Below, piece by piece: positions 50,706 through 60,892 of a DNA stretch of 64,000 nt (its first letter is position 1; every line of letters starts with the position of its first letter). A program made the translations under genes and the position numbers. The notes beneath the pieces are model-generated. The model ran no database searches. It was given only the letters and a program-made list of their open reading frames with translations, and was not told the DNA's origin. Source of the DNA: a virus; IMG/VR virus record IMGVR_UViG_3300045922_000709, positions 16,477 through 80,476 of that record. One strand, given 5' to 3'.

Positions 50706-51932
50706 TTATCGGCTTACGATAGTTCCTAAACCTTCTAAAAACAAATTCATATTTGTTAAACCAGAAGTTGTGTAAATAGTTAAATTTTGACGAGTTATTG
50801 CAGACCGATTAGTGGTTTTTGCAAAATTATCTTCTGAATCCCAAGTAAAAGAATGTTGAGTAAAAGTGGTTGTTTGAGGAACAAGTTTAATGGGTTCCCA
50901 CATCAATCTTAAATTCACTTTATCATAAGTTAAAACACCTACGGTTCCGCGATGCATTTGATAGTCTTCAGCAGCTTGTTTCCATAAACCTTGTCCATAA
51001 TCAGGAAAAGCATCAGGAACATAAGTTCCGCCCGTGTAAGTACCGTCGGCTTTTGAATAAACAAAACCGCCTGTTAAAGCACCCACTGTTTGGGCCACAG
51101 TACCAGCTGCAAAAGCCGGATTAACTGTTTCATAAAAAATATTCGATGCTGCAACATAAGATCCATGTAAAGCTACATCAAAAATTAATCTATCATTACC
51201 AACATGAAAAATGTAATCCGGGTGTTTTTGGGTAGCTATGATTTGTAAAGTATCTTGACCACCTACCAAAACAGCTCGTGCAAAAAGAGGTTTTACACCA
51301 CTGTATTCTACAGTAAACGTGTCGTTAATTAATTGAGCAAGACTTGTAAAAGCACTTAAGGAAGTGGTGCCATTAGCCGGAGAAACATAAGTGAAAGTTT
51401 TTTTGAATACAAATCGATCACTCGAGCTATTTCTAAGTTGTACAGATATTTCAAAAGTGTTTCCAGCAGAAATTGTAGTCGGAGCAATACTTAATTGAAC
51501 CGCATACGGTTGTTCAGCTTTTGTTAAAGTTTTTTTATAAATCACACCTTTTGTCGGCATCGTTGCAATGTTTTGAAATGTTTGCCTACCGTTTGTTTCA
51601 GTGTATTCGTGAAAAGAAACTTTAGTAGGATTGCCAGCTAATGTGGCTCCTGTAAAAGGAGCTACAATAGCCACTGTATTTGTAATAGTGGTACCTCGCA
51701 TAGCACGAGTTCCGTCAACATCTACAACAGCTAATTGACCAGGGGTTAAAGTTGTAAATGCAGTAGAAGGCACATAAACTCCTGCAGGATTAGTTGTTGC
51801 AAAAAGACCTCCGTTAGCTACAGTAGCCGTTTGACCACTACCTAATACAAAAGTTCCGCCACCACTATTAGCAGCTACAGAATCTGTAAAGTTTATAATT
51901 ACTTTTCTCGCAAATTGAGCAGAATTTGACAT
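50706..51932 (-). CDS. Auxiliary capsid / decoration protein-like (408 aa)
   Basis: Position equivalent to the crAss001 auxiliary capsid gene; A/G/T-rich; GC-richer codon usage like the MCP; followed by a terminator. Confidence 0.6.
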   Translation of the reverse strand: MSNSAQFARKVIINFTDSVAANSGGGTFVLGSGQTATVANGGLFATTNPAGVYVPSTAFTTLTPGQLAVVDVDGTRAMRGTTITNTVAIVAPFTGATLAGNPTKVSFHEYTETNGRQTFQNIATMPTKGVIYKKTLTKAEQPYAVQLSIAPTTISAGNTFEISVQLRNSSSDRFVFKKTFTYVSPANGTTSLSAFTSLAQLINDTFTVEYSGVKPLFARAVLVGGQDTLQIIATQKHPDYIFHVGNDRLIFDVALHGSYVAASNIFYETVNPAFAAGTVAQTVGALTGGFVYSKADGTYTGGTYVPDAFPDYGQGLWKQAAEDYQMHRGTVGVLTYDKVNLRLMWEPIKLVPQTTTFTQHSFTWDSEDNFAKTTNRSAITRQNLTIYTTSGLTNMNLFLEGLGTIVSR

Positions 51933-51933
51933 C

Positions 51934-52701
51934 TTATTCGTTCTTGGTTAATGTGTTAATAAATGATTGCTGTCTTGGTTGTTCAATAGATTCAAGAGCA
52001 AATTGAATAGCATAATTTACAATTTGTTGATGAGTGTTGATAGGAAACCAAAAATTTAATGTTTCCCAGTTAGTTAAGTTGTAATTTAATCCGAATTGTA
52101 ATTTTTCAAATTGAGCAAGATAATTTATATAGTATTCGGATACAGATTCCCAATAAATAGAGTCATAAAACACCTCGTAATGTCCTTCTGCTTGTAATCG
52201 TAAAACTCTGTCTTTTTTTGGCTTATTAAAAGGATCATTTAAAATTAAATTTATTTCATTATGAGATCTTTTAAATACAATTGCTTCATGTTTTTCTAAA
52301 GGATTTTCTATTTTTTCTAATTCACCGCAATTAATTCTATTTGTGTATTTTGGACAAGGATATCTTTTTCCTACAACTCTTTCAGATAAAGTGTACCATA
52401 TATCATCAGGTGTTTTGAAAATAGCTGTTTTTATATTTTTTTCTCTATTTGACCATTGACCTTCAGATATAAAAGGTAGTGTTTTATTTTTTATTAAAAA
52501 AGATATTTCATCAATGTTTTTTTGACTTTCATCAACCCCAGTTTGATAAATGTTATTTCCCGAATATCTAGATTTTACAAACGCTTCACAACCTAAATTT
52601 ATATAATGATCAATTTCTTGAATAGAAAATTCAGGAGTTGCAAAAGAAGCAGATTTGTCTAATCCTACTGTAAAAGCAAAATGGAGTTGATAAATAGTCA
52701 T
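51934..52701 (-). CDS. Tail ring protein
   Basis: MTIYQLHFAF...LDKSASF.TPEF..QEID...DPFNKP...HQQIVNYAI resembles crAss ring proteins located after the MCP. Confidence 0.75.
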   Translation of the reverse strand: MTIYQLHFAFTVGLDKSASFATPEFSIQEIDHYINLGCEAFVKSRYSGNNIYQTGVDESQKNIDEISFLIKNKTLPFISEGQWSNREKNIKTAIFKTPDDIWYTLSERVVGKRYPCPKYTNRINCGELEKIENPLEKHEAIVFKRSHNEINLILNDPFNKPKKDRVLRLQAEGHYEVFYDSIYWESVSEYYINYLAQFEKLQFGLNYNLTNWETLNFWFPINTHQQIVNYAIQFALESIEQPRQQSFINTLTKNE

Positions 52702-52706
52702 GTAAA

Positions 52707-53537
52707 TTATTCCATTTTAAATTTAGAGCTTCTCCAATTGTTTACTTTCTCGATGAGTTCTTTTTTAATAGCTGCATTTTTAGAGTCATCTAAAAATTTA
52801 CTAATATCATATTCTGTCACACCCAATGTAATGTCACCATACTTAAATTTATTTTCAGAATCTAAATTGACAAAACCTTCTCTGATGCAAATTTTAATAA
52901 AAGCTTCTTTGTTAAAATCTGAAATGTTTTTAGAATAGTGCACAATTTTTTCACAATTAGCTAAGCTATCGAGAAGTTTTAAACATTGAGCTGTAATAAC
53001 TGCTTCAGATGTAGACTCAATTCTTTTTCCAAAAACAGACAATAGATTAATTTTTTCTATAAATTTATATTCTTCTATAATTTTCTTAGCGGTGTCTCTA
53101 AGTTTAGATATTTTAATAAATTGTTCAGATTCAAACTCTTCATCTACAATTTCAAACCTATGTTTAAAATCTATAGTTTGATCAGGTTTTTTAATTTCAT
53201 CTAACGTTGTGTTTTTGAAAATATGCGCCCAAAACTCATCAAATACATCTCCCTTATATAATTTTTTACCTTCGCCGGGAATCTTAATAGAAATTGAATA
53301 AATTTTATTTTTATCAAAAAGACCTGTTTCTTCATTTATACAGTCTTCATAAATAGATGGAAATTTTTCTTTAAACTCTTCAATACTCATACCTATTTTA
53401 GGGCGGTTCGTTGAATGGTCTTTTAAAACAGCGAGAGTTAACCCGCAACCTTCCAAAAAACCGCCACTAATAGCTTTAGTATCAAAAACTGAATTTAAAT
53501 TTTTTTTAATAGGCTTTAATTCTAAAATAGGTTTCAT
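52707..53537 (-). CDS. Conserved crAss-like protein following the MCP (276 aa)
   Basis: Synteny; C-terminal FKYGDITLG.T....FL pattern. Confidence 0.65.
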   Translation of the reverse strand: MKPILELKPIKKNLNSVFDTKAISGGFLEGCGLTLAVLKDHSTNRPKIGMSIEEFKEKFPSIYEDCINEETGLFDKNKIYSISIKIPGEGKKLYKGDVFDEFWAHIFKNTTLDEIKKPDQTIDFKHRFEIVDEEFESEQFIKISKLRDTAKKIIEEYKFIEKINLLSVFGKRIESTSEAVITAQCLKLLDSLANCEKIVHYSKNISDFNKEAFIKICIREGFVNLDSENKFKYGDITLGVTEYDISKFLDDSKNAAIKKELIEKVNNWRSSKFKME

Positions 53538-53560
53538 TGTTTTTGTTGGTTTTAAATTAA

Positions 53561-55081
53561 TTAAACATCAAGCTCAAGCACTGCATTAGACCAAGGATTC
53601 AGCAAGATAATTCCTTCCGAACAAAGCGAATATCTTTCATAACCATCTCTAGAAGAAGCTCTAAGTAAGGTTTTTTCACTCATTCCTTTGGGTAGTTCAG
53701 CACCTGCAACATACCAGTGGAGGTCTTTGCGATTACCAGAAGCATCGCCTTTGGTAAATAGTTTGACTTGAGGTTGTCCATTGAAAAGGGCATGATTAAT
53801 GAAATAAGCTTTATAAGATTGCTTAGTAAATCCTTTTTTGCTCATTTCAGGGAAAATAGTTCTATCATTAAACATTGGGTGATTTACAACAGTAAAGCTT
53901 GTGCCTTCCAAACCTCTAAAAGTTGTAAATTGAGCACCGTAGCTAAGTTTGTTTCCTTCGCCCGGCTTAATGAAAGTACCTTCTTCACGAACAAACGAAT
54001 ATCTACCGGCAGCTTTTTCCATTGCTTTGGAAAACTCTGTGATAAATCCTAAGCCTGTGTAGCAAACTAAATTTAAAGAATTATCATTACCCGAATTGTA
54101 TTGAATATCTGCAAGCATTTGCCACAAATATTCTTGAGTAATAACAGATGTTTTATATTTATTTACAAGCTCAAGTTGTTCTTCAAGACCAGATCCAACT
54201 TTAATCGGTGTGTTATCAGTGGTATAATAAGCATAGTTGCCGTTTGCCATGCGAGTGTTTTTGTCAAACCACAAACCACGTTCGCGCTGCCACAACCAAT
54301 GCTTAAGATATTGCCACTCCACCCAATCAATCCATGCGCAACCATCTTCTTGCACAGTTCCACCATTCGGAACTTTAACTTTTAAAGAAGACTTTCCTTT
54401 AAGCGAAGGTAGTTTTACTACAATAGCGGTGTATTTAGAATCTCCTGTGGCTGTATAACCCATTCTACGCGTGGAAAATCCATTGCGCATTTTAAACGGG
54501 AATGTAGTTAACGTACCACCTCCATCAGAAAATTCACCAACATTTGTAGAAATCCACGTAAGCTCTACACCAGGCGGGAAATCAGCAGCACTTATAAAAT
54601 CTTCAGGATCATTTCCACAAATAATAGCTTCAGCTTCCCATTCGTTACCAACCTTTTCTAAATCTTTAGTTAACATAATCATTTTTCCCGTACGAGAGGT
54701 TCGTAAAGTCCAATTTTTATGAGCCAGTCTTTCAGCAACTCTAAAAGTAAAAGGAACTTTACCTTGACCTAATTTAGCTGAAACACTAAAGTCAGGCGGA
54801 GTAGTTACCGTTAAAGGCTTCATCATTCGACCAACCACATTCCAATGAATTTCATCGGAATTTACAACCTCTGGTTCACCGTGTCCAGTTGAGGTTAAAT
54901 GTTGAATAAGCGCGTACGGAGATGCACCAAGCTTTTCATTACCGTAAGCCTCTCCAGCAGCATAAATAAGTTGAGAAAGAACATGCGGATTAGTCGACAT
55001 AAATCGACTAATGTTGTTCTCTGCATTCATTTGCGCACTGTCGTATTGCGCAGTACCAATTTGAAAATCAGATAGTGGCAT
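53561..55081 (-). CDS. Major capsid protein
   Basis: 506 aa; MRNGFSTRR, KVGSGLEEQ, YTGLGFITEF, YGAQFTTF, VVNHPMFND, SSRDGY match crAss MCP signatures; GC-richer codon usage. Confidence 0.9.
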   Translation of the reverse strand: MPLSDFQIGTAQYDSAQMNAENNISRFMSTNPHVLSQLIYAAGEAYGNEKLGASPYALIQHLTSTGHGEPEVVNSDEIHWNVVGRMMKPLTVTTPPDFSVSAKLGQGKVPFTFRVAERLAHKNWTLRTSRTGKMIMLTKDLEKVGNEWEAEAIICGNDPEDFISAADFPPGVELTWISTNVGEFSDGGGTLTTFPFKMRNGFSTRRMGYTATGDSKYTAIVVKLPSLKGKSSLKVKVPNGGTVQEDGCAWIDWVEWQYLKHWLWQRERGLWFDKNTRMANGNYAYYTTDNTPIKVGSGLEEQLELVNKYKTSVITQEYLWQMLADIQYNSGNDNSLNLVCYTGLGFITEFSKAMEKAAGRYSFVREEGTFIKPGEGNKLSYGAQFTTFRGLEGTSFTVVNHPMFNDRTIFPEMSKKGFTKQSYKAYFINHALFNGQPQVKLFTKGDASGNRKDLHWYVAGAELPKGMSEKTLLRASSRDGYERYSLCSEGIILLNPWSNAVLELDV

Positions 55082-56109
55082 TAATTATAACGTTTAATTA
55101 CTTTTGATAAACTTGTTTGTACTTTTGATGCGGATTTTGTTTCAAGTGCTTTTGAAATTTTTTCAGGATTAGTTAAACCTTTCATTGCTAAATACGCAAC
55201 TTGATGAAATAGTTTAGGATTTTGCGCTAATTGTTTTTGTAATTTGGTTTGGCCATTTTCATCAACATCGTATATAAATTCTGCCAATTGTCTTTTATCT
55301 TTTTCAGAAATATCCCATTGAAAAAAATGGCTATCCATAGATAGTATTTCTCTTTTATTTTGCTCTAATCTGTTTGCATACTCTTGCATTCTTCTTTCTT
55401 GCTCATATAACTCTTGTTGTCTTAATTGTTCTTGTCTTTGAGCCCTGAGTTGTTTTAAACCATGGTATGCGTCTTTTGCTTCGTTTTCGAGTTCTCCTGT
55501 TCTATCTGCATTATTTATAAGCTTTATAATTTTTTGATCTGTAAAAGGAGTGGTTTCTTTATAAAATTGATACAATAGTTGTTTTTGCTGTTCTGGGGTT
55601 TGAGGTTGAAAAATTAACGCTTCTTCTTTTATACCAGCATAATGATTTAGTAAATCTTCTAAAGAACCTCCGCGCCGAATATATTCGTCCATTTGAGCTA
55701 ATCTAGGATCTGAATATTCAGGCTTAGTAGAATCTGCAATAGATTCTAAAACATGTTCTACAAGTTCATCAATATTATCATAAACATCTTCTTCATCTCT
55801 TTCCCAACCTAATTTTTTATAAAATTCATTAGCTACAATATTTACAGCTTCTCTTTCATCTATTTCATAAGAAGGTTCTTGTTTATTTGAATCTGAAGAA
55901 GTTGGCTCTAAATCTTTAACAAAAGAAGATCCTATAATACTTTTTACAGATATACCCGAAGAGTCTGAACCACTTTGCGAATCAGACGAGTCATTTTGTT
56001 CATCAAGGTCTTGATCATTTTCGTCAAAGGGTTGTTCAAAATCATTCTCATTGCTTTCGCTATTAGCAGCATCATCAAATACGTTAAGGTTGCCGAATAA
56101 ATTTACCAT
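55081..56109 (-). CDS. Acidic scaffold-like protein between portal and MCP
   Basis: Acidic disordered N-terminus, coiled coil, YIRRGGSLED; TAATG coupling to the MCP. Confidence 0.7.
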   Translation of the reverse strand: MVNLFGNLNVFDDAANSESNENDFEQPFDENDQDLDEQNDSSDSQSGSDSSGISVKSIIGSSFVKDLEPTSSDSNKQEPSYEIDEREAVNIVANEFYKKLGWERDEEDVYDNIDELVEHVLESIADSTKPEYSDPRLAQMDEYIRRGGSLEDLLNHYAGIKEEALIFQPQTPEQQKQLLYQFYKETTPFTDQKIIKLINNADRTGELENEAKDAYHGLKQLRAQRQEQLRQQELYEQERRMQEYANRLEQNKREILSMDSHFFQWDISEKDKRQLAEFIYDVDENGQTKLQKQLAQNPKLFHQVAYLAMKGLTNPEKISKALETKSASKVQTSLSKVIKRYN

Positions 56110-56111
56110 AA

Positions 56112-58541
56112 TTAATCTTGAGTTTTGTTGGTTGATGGTTTACTTTTATTTAATCCGTTTTCTACTTCAATTTCATAAATTTTAGTTTCGTTTTGCATTT
56201 TAGCAATTTCCATGCGATTATCTTCACGATATTTAGTATTTTCCATATCTCTTGTAATTTTCATCAAATCGATAGTATCGCTAACTTCATTGTTATTTGC
56301 GTCGTTATCGTTGCTTCCTTTTGCATTTGCCATTATTTCAGCAACTTTAATTTTAGTTTTATTGTTTTCGTCAATTTCATATTTTTTAAAGTCTAATTTT
56401 TGTTTTTCCATTTCTTGTTGTGCTTGTAATTGTTGTAGTCTTTCTTGAGAGACTTTATTAAATTCTATGTTGGAAATATGTTCAGCTAAAGCTAAACTTT
56501 CAGTTCTATTGATTTTAATAAACCCTTCAAGAGATATTTGATTAGATTGAAGTTGATTTAAACTTATTTGTTTAATCATTTCTAAAATCTTTTTATGTTT
56601 CGCTGAATTTTCAACATAAACACCATATTCTGAATTAAAAAAGTCTTCTTCTATTCTACAATAATCTGTTGTTAATTCATCTAAAAATTGTGGTATATAA
56701 TCTCCTTCTTTTACGCAAAATTTAGCTATGTCTACGAGTTTTTGTAAAACAAGTTTTTCTGATTCATTTGCTTGATAAAAATAATTTTCTATAATAATTT
56801 GAGATTGGGCTATTGATTCGTTGACTCCACCTAATGTTTCAGAAGCTTTAATTTGACCTAAGGCTTGATCTGATACACCTGTTATAAGAGATAAAGATTG
56901 TCTAATATAATTTAATACATTTATATGACCGCTAATCTCTTGAAAAGAAGTCATGTCAAGAGACTGAAACTGATTAAAATTACTTCTTTCTCCATTTATA
57001 TCTGTTTGAGTAGTAGAAATAGCAGCAATTCCTTTTTCTTTTAAAAGAGTTAACCATTGTTCAATTCCCCAACCGTCTTGATTAGGTATTTTATCTACAT
57101 CTATTAAAAGAACCTTACCGTTACTTCTTGCTTGAGCAACTTTAATTTTATACCATTCTACGTTATATAAATACTGATAAGTTAATATTTTATCGGCTAA
57201 TGAATAAGAATTTGAAACACCGGTATAGCTAGAATATGCAACATCTAAATTATCAGGATTTAATTGTTGATATTCCAACTCTTCCATCTTAAAATATATA
57301 TCGTTTCCTATTTTCATTCCTGTATACGTCCAAGGAATCCAATACCATTCAAACTCTCTTTTGTTTTTATCTGTTTTTGAAGGAATGTAGTCTTCTTCTA
57401 CTATTTTTTTAAATTCATTACCTTCTTCATCAAGTTCTATCATTATACCTATTTTTTTCATACCTTTCCATTCAAATCTACTAACTTTAATTAGAGTTGA
57501 TGAAGCTCCATTAAAATAACCTAAATTTGTATAATATTCTGGAATGATAGAATAGGAATCAATACCTTTTAAATTTTCAATGCTATCTATTTGATCGTCA
57601 GTGAGATATTTATGATATCTTCTAATTATTTCAGAAATAGAAAGATATTCATATTCTCTATAATACGATGAGTTTTCTATATTTATTTCATTATTGTTTA
57701 TTTCAAAATCAAAAAAAGCAGGATTAACAGGATATAAAAAAGGTTTACCGTTTTCTATACCAACCCTATATATACATCTACCCGTGGCTAAAAATCTTAA
57801 AAAATTAAAATTAAATTTATATTCGCATTTTAATTGAGAATACCAATACTTTAATAAAGCATTGGCAACTTTTTCAGAAACAGCGTTGTATTTTTTATAA
57901 CCTAATATGCTCTGAAAGTCTTTAAAAAATTCTTGTTCGTATTGAACTATTTCTTCTTCAGGAACTGCTCCAATATCAACGCCTTGATTTTGCAACTCTT
58001 TATAAAAAGCATTTTTTATTTTTAAATTAAGTAGTTGTAAAACTAATTTAAGTTTAATATTATTTTTTGAATTAATTCCTTCTTCTGAAATATCAGTGGC
58101 ATAAAAATTAAAAGGTCTCGAAATTTTTTCGTTTTTTACACGTTCTACATAAGGACTTATACAATCGTGATGTTCAAGTTTAACCACATTTTTGAATGTG
58201 GCAGTGGGGTCAGATTCAGGATTTTGAACCTCAAATATTTTACAATATGTTTCTGTATTAAATATGCCTTTTTCAAAAGCATTGAGATTAAACAACATTC
58301 TTCTATGTTGCTTTATCGAACTATCTACTGCATTTAATGAACTTTGACCAAAACCTTGTTCGCTGTATACAGAAGAAACTCCTGCTACAGTCGAAGTTAT
58401 AAACTCTATAGAGTTCATGTTTGTTTTATACCAATCTTCTATACTACCATACTTTTCTATTTTTTGTTTTTTTGTTAATTTTTGATTGGGTAATCCTGAA
58501 TGAGAAGATACGTTTAGAACTGATGAATAAATACTTTTCAT
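56112..58541 (-). CDS. Portal protein
   Basis: 809 aa following terminase; LPNQKL, EKISRPF, TGVSDQALGQI...ETLGGV; coiled-coil C-terminus. Confidence 0.9.
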   Translation of the reverse strand: MKSIYSSVLNVSSHSGLPNQKLTKKQKIEKYGSIEDWYKTNMNSIEFITSTVAGVSSVYSEQGFGQSSLNAVDSSIKQHRRMLFNLNAFEKGIFNTETYCKIFEVQNPESDPTATFKNVVKLEHHDCISPYVERVKNEKISRPFNFYATDISEEGINSKNNIKLKLVLQLLNLKIKNAFYKELQNQGVDIGAVPEEEIVQYEQEFFKDFQSILGYKKYNAVSEKVANALLKYWYSQLKCEYKFNFNFLRFLATGRCIYRVGIENGKPFLYPVNPAFFDFEINNNEINIENSSYYREYEYLSISEIIRRYHKYLTDDQIDSIENLKGIDSYSIIPEYYTNLGYFNGASSTLIKVSRFEWKGMKKIGIMIELDEEGNEFKKIVEEDYIPSKTDKNKREFEWYWIPWTYTGMKIGNDIYFKMEELEYQQLNPDNLDVAYSSYTGVSNSYSLADKILTYQYLYNVEWYKIKVAQARSNGKVLLIDVDKIPNQDGWGIEQWLTLLKEKGIAAISTTQTDINGERSNFNQFQSLDMTSFQEISGHINVLNYIRQSLSLITGVSDQALGQIKASETLGGVNESIAQSQIIIENYFYQANESEKLVLQKLVDIAKFCVKEGDYIPQFLDELTTDYCRIEEDFFNSEYGVYVENSAKHKKILEMIKQISLNQLQSNQISLEGFIKINRTESLALAEHISNIEFNKVSQERLQQLQAQQEMEKQKLDFKKYEIDENNKTKIKVAEIMANAKGSNDNDANNNEVSDTIDLMKITRDMENTKYREDNRMEIAKMQNETKIYEIEVENGLNKSKPSTNKTQD

Positions 58542-58543
58542 AT

Positions 58544-60448
58544 TTATTTGTTTAGATGTTCAATTAATAGTTGCATATTAGATTTTTTATTTGACAATTC
58601 TATAACTTTTTTTCTAAACTCTTCTTCTTTTTGTAATAAAGCTAACATAAATGCGATTACACGGTCAGTGTTTGATTCAAAATCGAAATATAACATTTCT
58701 CTAAGTAAGTTTACTGATTTTATTTTTTCAATGTTTGAATGACCTTCTGCATATTCTGTTAAAATCCAAGATCTAAGTAAGTTAGCTAAATATAGTTTTA
58801 TTTCTTTAGTCATGTGAATACCATATTTTCTATCTACTTTAGGATCATTTATAACGTTGTTCATAATTGTAGGTTGAGGAGCTAATAAATATAGCATACC
58901 TCTTTGCTCTAAATATTGTTTAAATCCTTGAATATTATTTTCATAAAGACATTTTGAGTTATAATATTTTAATAAAAGAACAACTTGTTCGTAAAAAAGA
59001 TTTAAAGTTTTAGGTCTACCTGTGTATTCTGCAACAAGAGTGTCATAAGATTGATTATTATCAAAAAATCTTTTATATATCATCAAAGACCCCAAAGAAT
59101 CAGAATTTGCAGATTCATCTTGCGCGTAAGGGTCTAAGCCCGCTATATAAAGATTTATAGGGACAGTTGTGTTTATTTTGTACGGGTGTTCGTAAATAAC
59201 TACACAACCTTCTAAATCAGCATTTGCATCAACCGGATAGCTAACTTCATTTTTTTCAATGTCTTCTTGAAAAACTATTTCATTTTTAACGTTTTGATAT
59301 AAATAACCTCTTTGAGGTTGATAATCGGAAAGTGTTAATTCTTGTATTTGAGATTGAATTAATTCAGAAGGAAAAAAGTTACTTGAACTTATCAAAAAAG
59401 CTTCTTCAGCTTTCAAAGGATAGTACTGAAGAAATTTAATAAACGTCTCAGAGCTTTTTTCTTTTCTTAATTTTTCTCTTTCATCTTCTATAAGTTTTAT
59501 AGCTCTTTCTTTATCAACTTGTCCAAACTCGTCTCTAAGTTCAGAAGAAACAGAATAATAACCGGGGACAAACAAACAAGTTTTTTTATTTTCGTTAGAA
59601 GGGTCTACAAAAGATTTTAAATTAAATGCTTCAGGGTTATAAAACATTTCTCTCGCCTCTTTTGTCCCTTTCTCCATGTCCCCTCCGGTTCCAACCAATA
59701 TCGGCATACCGTACCACTTTTGTCCGTCCTGCCAACAAGGTTTAGAGGAGTTAAACGATTCTATTAAACCAGGCCAAATACCAATTTCATCAAATAAAGC
59801 AAACTTTAAAGATAAACCGTTAGCAGAATCGTGTTTATTGTTGTTAAAGTTTCTAGCATAAATTGAAGCACCATAGTCTTTCCAAACGAATTTTTTAATA
59901 GTGGGGTCTTCTTTATCAAATCCTAATATCAATTCATTTTTTATGTTTCCTTTATGAGGAATATAAAATTGGGTGTTTTTTAAGTTTCCTTCTAAATGTT
60001 GCTTAACAAACCCCATGGATAAAAGCATTTTATCTTCTCGACCAGCAAATACTGCTGAATTATCTTGTAAAAAAATAGATGTGTAAACACATCTAAAACT
60101 ATTTTTAAAAGATTTACCGAAACGACGAGGCCCTATAATAAGCAAACCTTTTTCTTCTTTAATGCATTCGTTTTCAATTACATCGAGCTCAAATTCAATG
60201 TCTCTTAATTCTGGTAATTGTAGTTTTTTACTACCTGTTTTTTCATCAATACTTCTAATGGTTCCAAAATTAACATAAGCGTATAAAAAGCCGCTAATCC
60301 ATTTTCCCCCCACACTATACCCGTTCATACACCTATCGTATTGCTCCGCCCAAATAGGTATAAAATCAGGGTCTGAAGGGTGAAGAGAATCAAAATCTCC
60401 TCTTTCTAAAGCTCTACCAAATTCAGTGAATAATTTAGGATTTACCAT
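58544..60448 (-). CDS. terL: Terminase large subunit
   Basis: Walker A GPRRFGKS, Walker B FDEIG, GTGGDME, nuclease AGLDPY, EYTGRP, NTDRVIAF. Confidence 0.93.
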   Translation of the reverse strand: MVNPKLFTEFGRALERGDFDSLHPSDPDFIPIWAEQYDRCMNGYSVGGKWISGFLYAYVNFGTIRSIDEKTGSKKLQLPELRDIEFELDVIENECIKEEKGLLIIGPRRFGKSFKNSFRCVYTSIFLQDNSAVFAGREDKMLLSMGFVKQHLEGNLKNTQFYIPHKGNIKNELILGFDKEDPTIKKFVWKDYGASIYARNFNNNKHDSANGLSLKFALFDEIGIWPGLIESFNSSKPCWQDGQKWYGMPILVGTGGDMEKGTKEAREMFYNPEAFNLKSFVDPSNENKKTCLFVPGYYSVSSELRDEFGQVDKERAIKLIEDEREKLRKEKSSETFIKFLQYYPLKAEEAFLISSSNFFPSELIQSQIQELTLSDYQPQRGYLYQNVKNEIVFQEDIEKNEVSYPVDANADLEGCVVIYEHPYKINTTVPINLYIAGLDPYAQDESANSDSLGSLMIYKRFFDNNQSYDTLVAEYTGRPKTLNLFYEQVVLLLKYYNSKCLYENNIQGFKQYLEQRGMLYLLAPQPTIMNNVINDPKVDRKYGIHMTKEIKLYLANLLRSWILTEYAEGHSNIEKIKSVNLLREMLYFDFESNTDRVIAFMLALLQKEEEFRKKVIELSNKKSNMQLLIEHLNK

Positions 60449-60678
60449 TTGTTTAAAGGACAATGTTCATCGGGCACTCTCGTCTTAATTTGAAGAATAC
60501 AACCGCACCCTCCTTTACTTCTACTACATATCCCCCCGTCATATAAGGGGCACTCTTCACAAATACTTAACCTTTTCTTTGCAAGGTCTTCCACGTCTGT
60601 TTCTTTGAAAATTAAATTCCCAATACCTTCGGCGATAGGTTTTAACTTTCTTACTGTGATTTTGAAGTTTTGAAACAT
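60442..60678 (-). CDS. Small Cys-rich zinc-binding protein upstream of terminase
   Basis: RLSICEECP...C...GCGC.L..KTR...EHCPLNKW; ATG at 60678 chosen. Confidence 0.7.
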   Translation of the reverse strand: MFQNFKITVRKLKPIAEGIGNLIFKETDVEDLAKKRLSICEECPLYDGGICSRSKGGCGCILQIKTRVPDEHCPLNKW

Positions 60679-60892
60679 CTCCAATGTGTTTGTTGATTTG
60701 GTAAGGATTAGGTTTAAAAATACCAATGTAAGGTATTCTGATTTTACAATAATAAAGATTTATAAAAGCCCACTCTATGGTGGCCATGACAGAATGAAAA
60801 ATTAATTCCAAATGCTGTTTATCTAAATCATTTAATTTATTTTCATGAATCCAATCTAAATTGATTTCATTTTCATCTAATTTTTTAGACAT
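60557..60892 (-). CDS. HU/IHF-like basic protein
   Basis: Helical N-terminus, IRIPYIGIFKP arm motif, basic tail. Confidence 0.5.
   Translation of the reverse strand: MSKKLDENEINLDWIHENKLNDLDKQHLELIFHSVMATIEWAFINLYYCKIRIPYIGIFKPNPYQINKHIGDVSKLQNHSKKVKTYRRRYWEFNFQRNRRGRPCKEKVKYL

Noticed and set aside
1211-60448. Introns or inteins in polB, nrdJ, vRNAP, MCP or terL
   Set aside because: Each is a single uninterrupted ORF; I saw no intein-type junction motifs or homing endonuclease ORFs.
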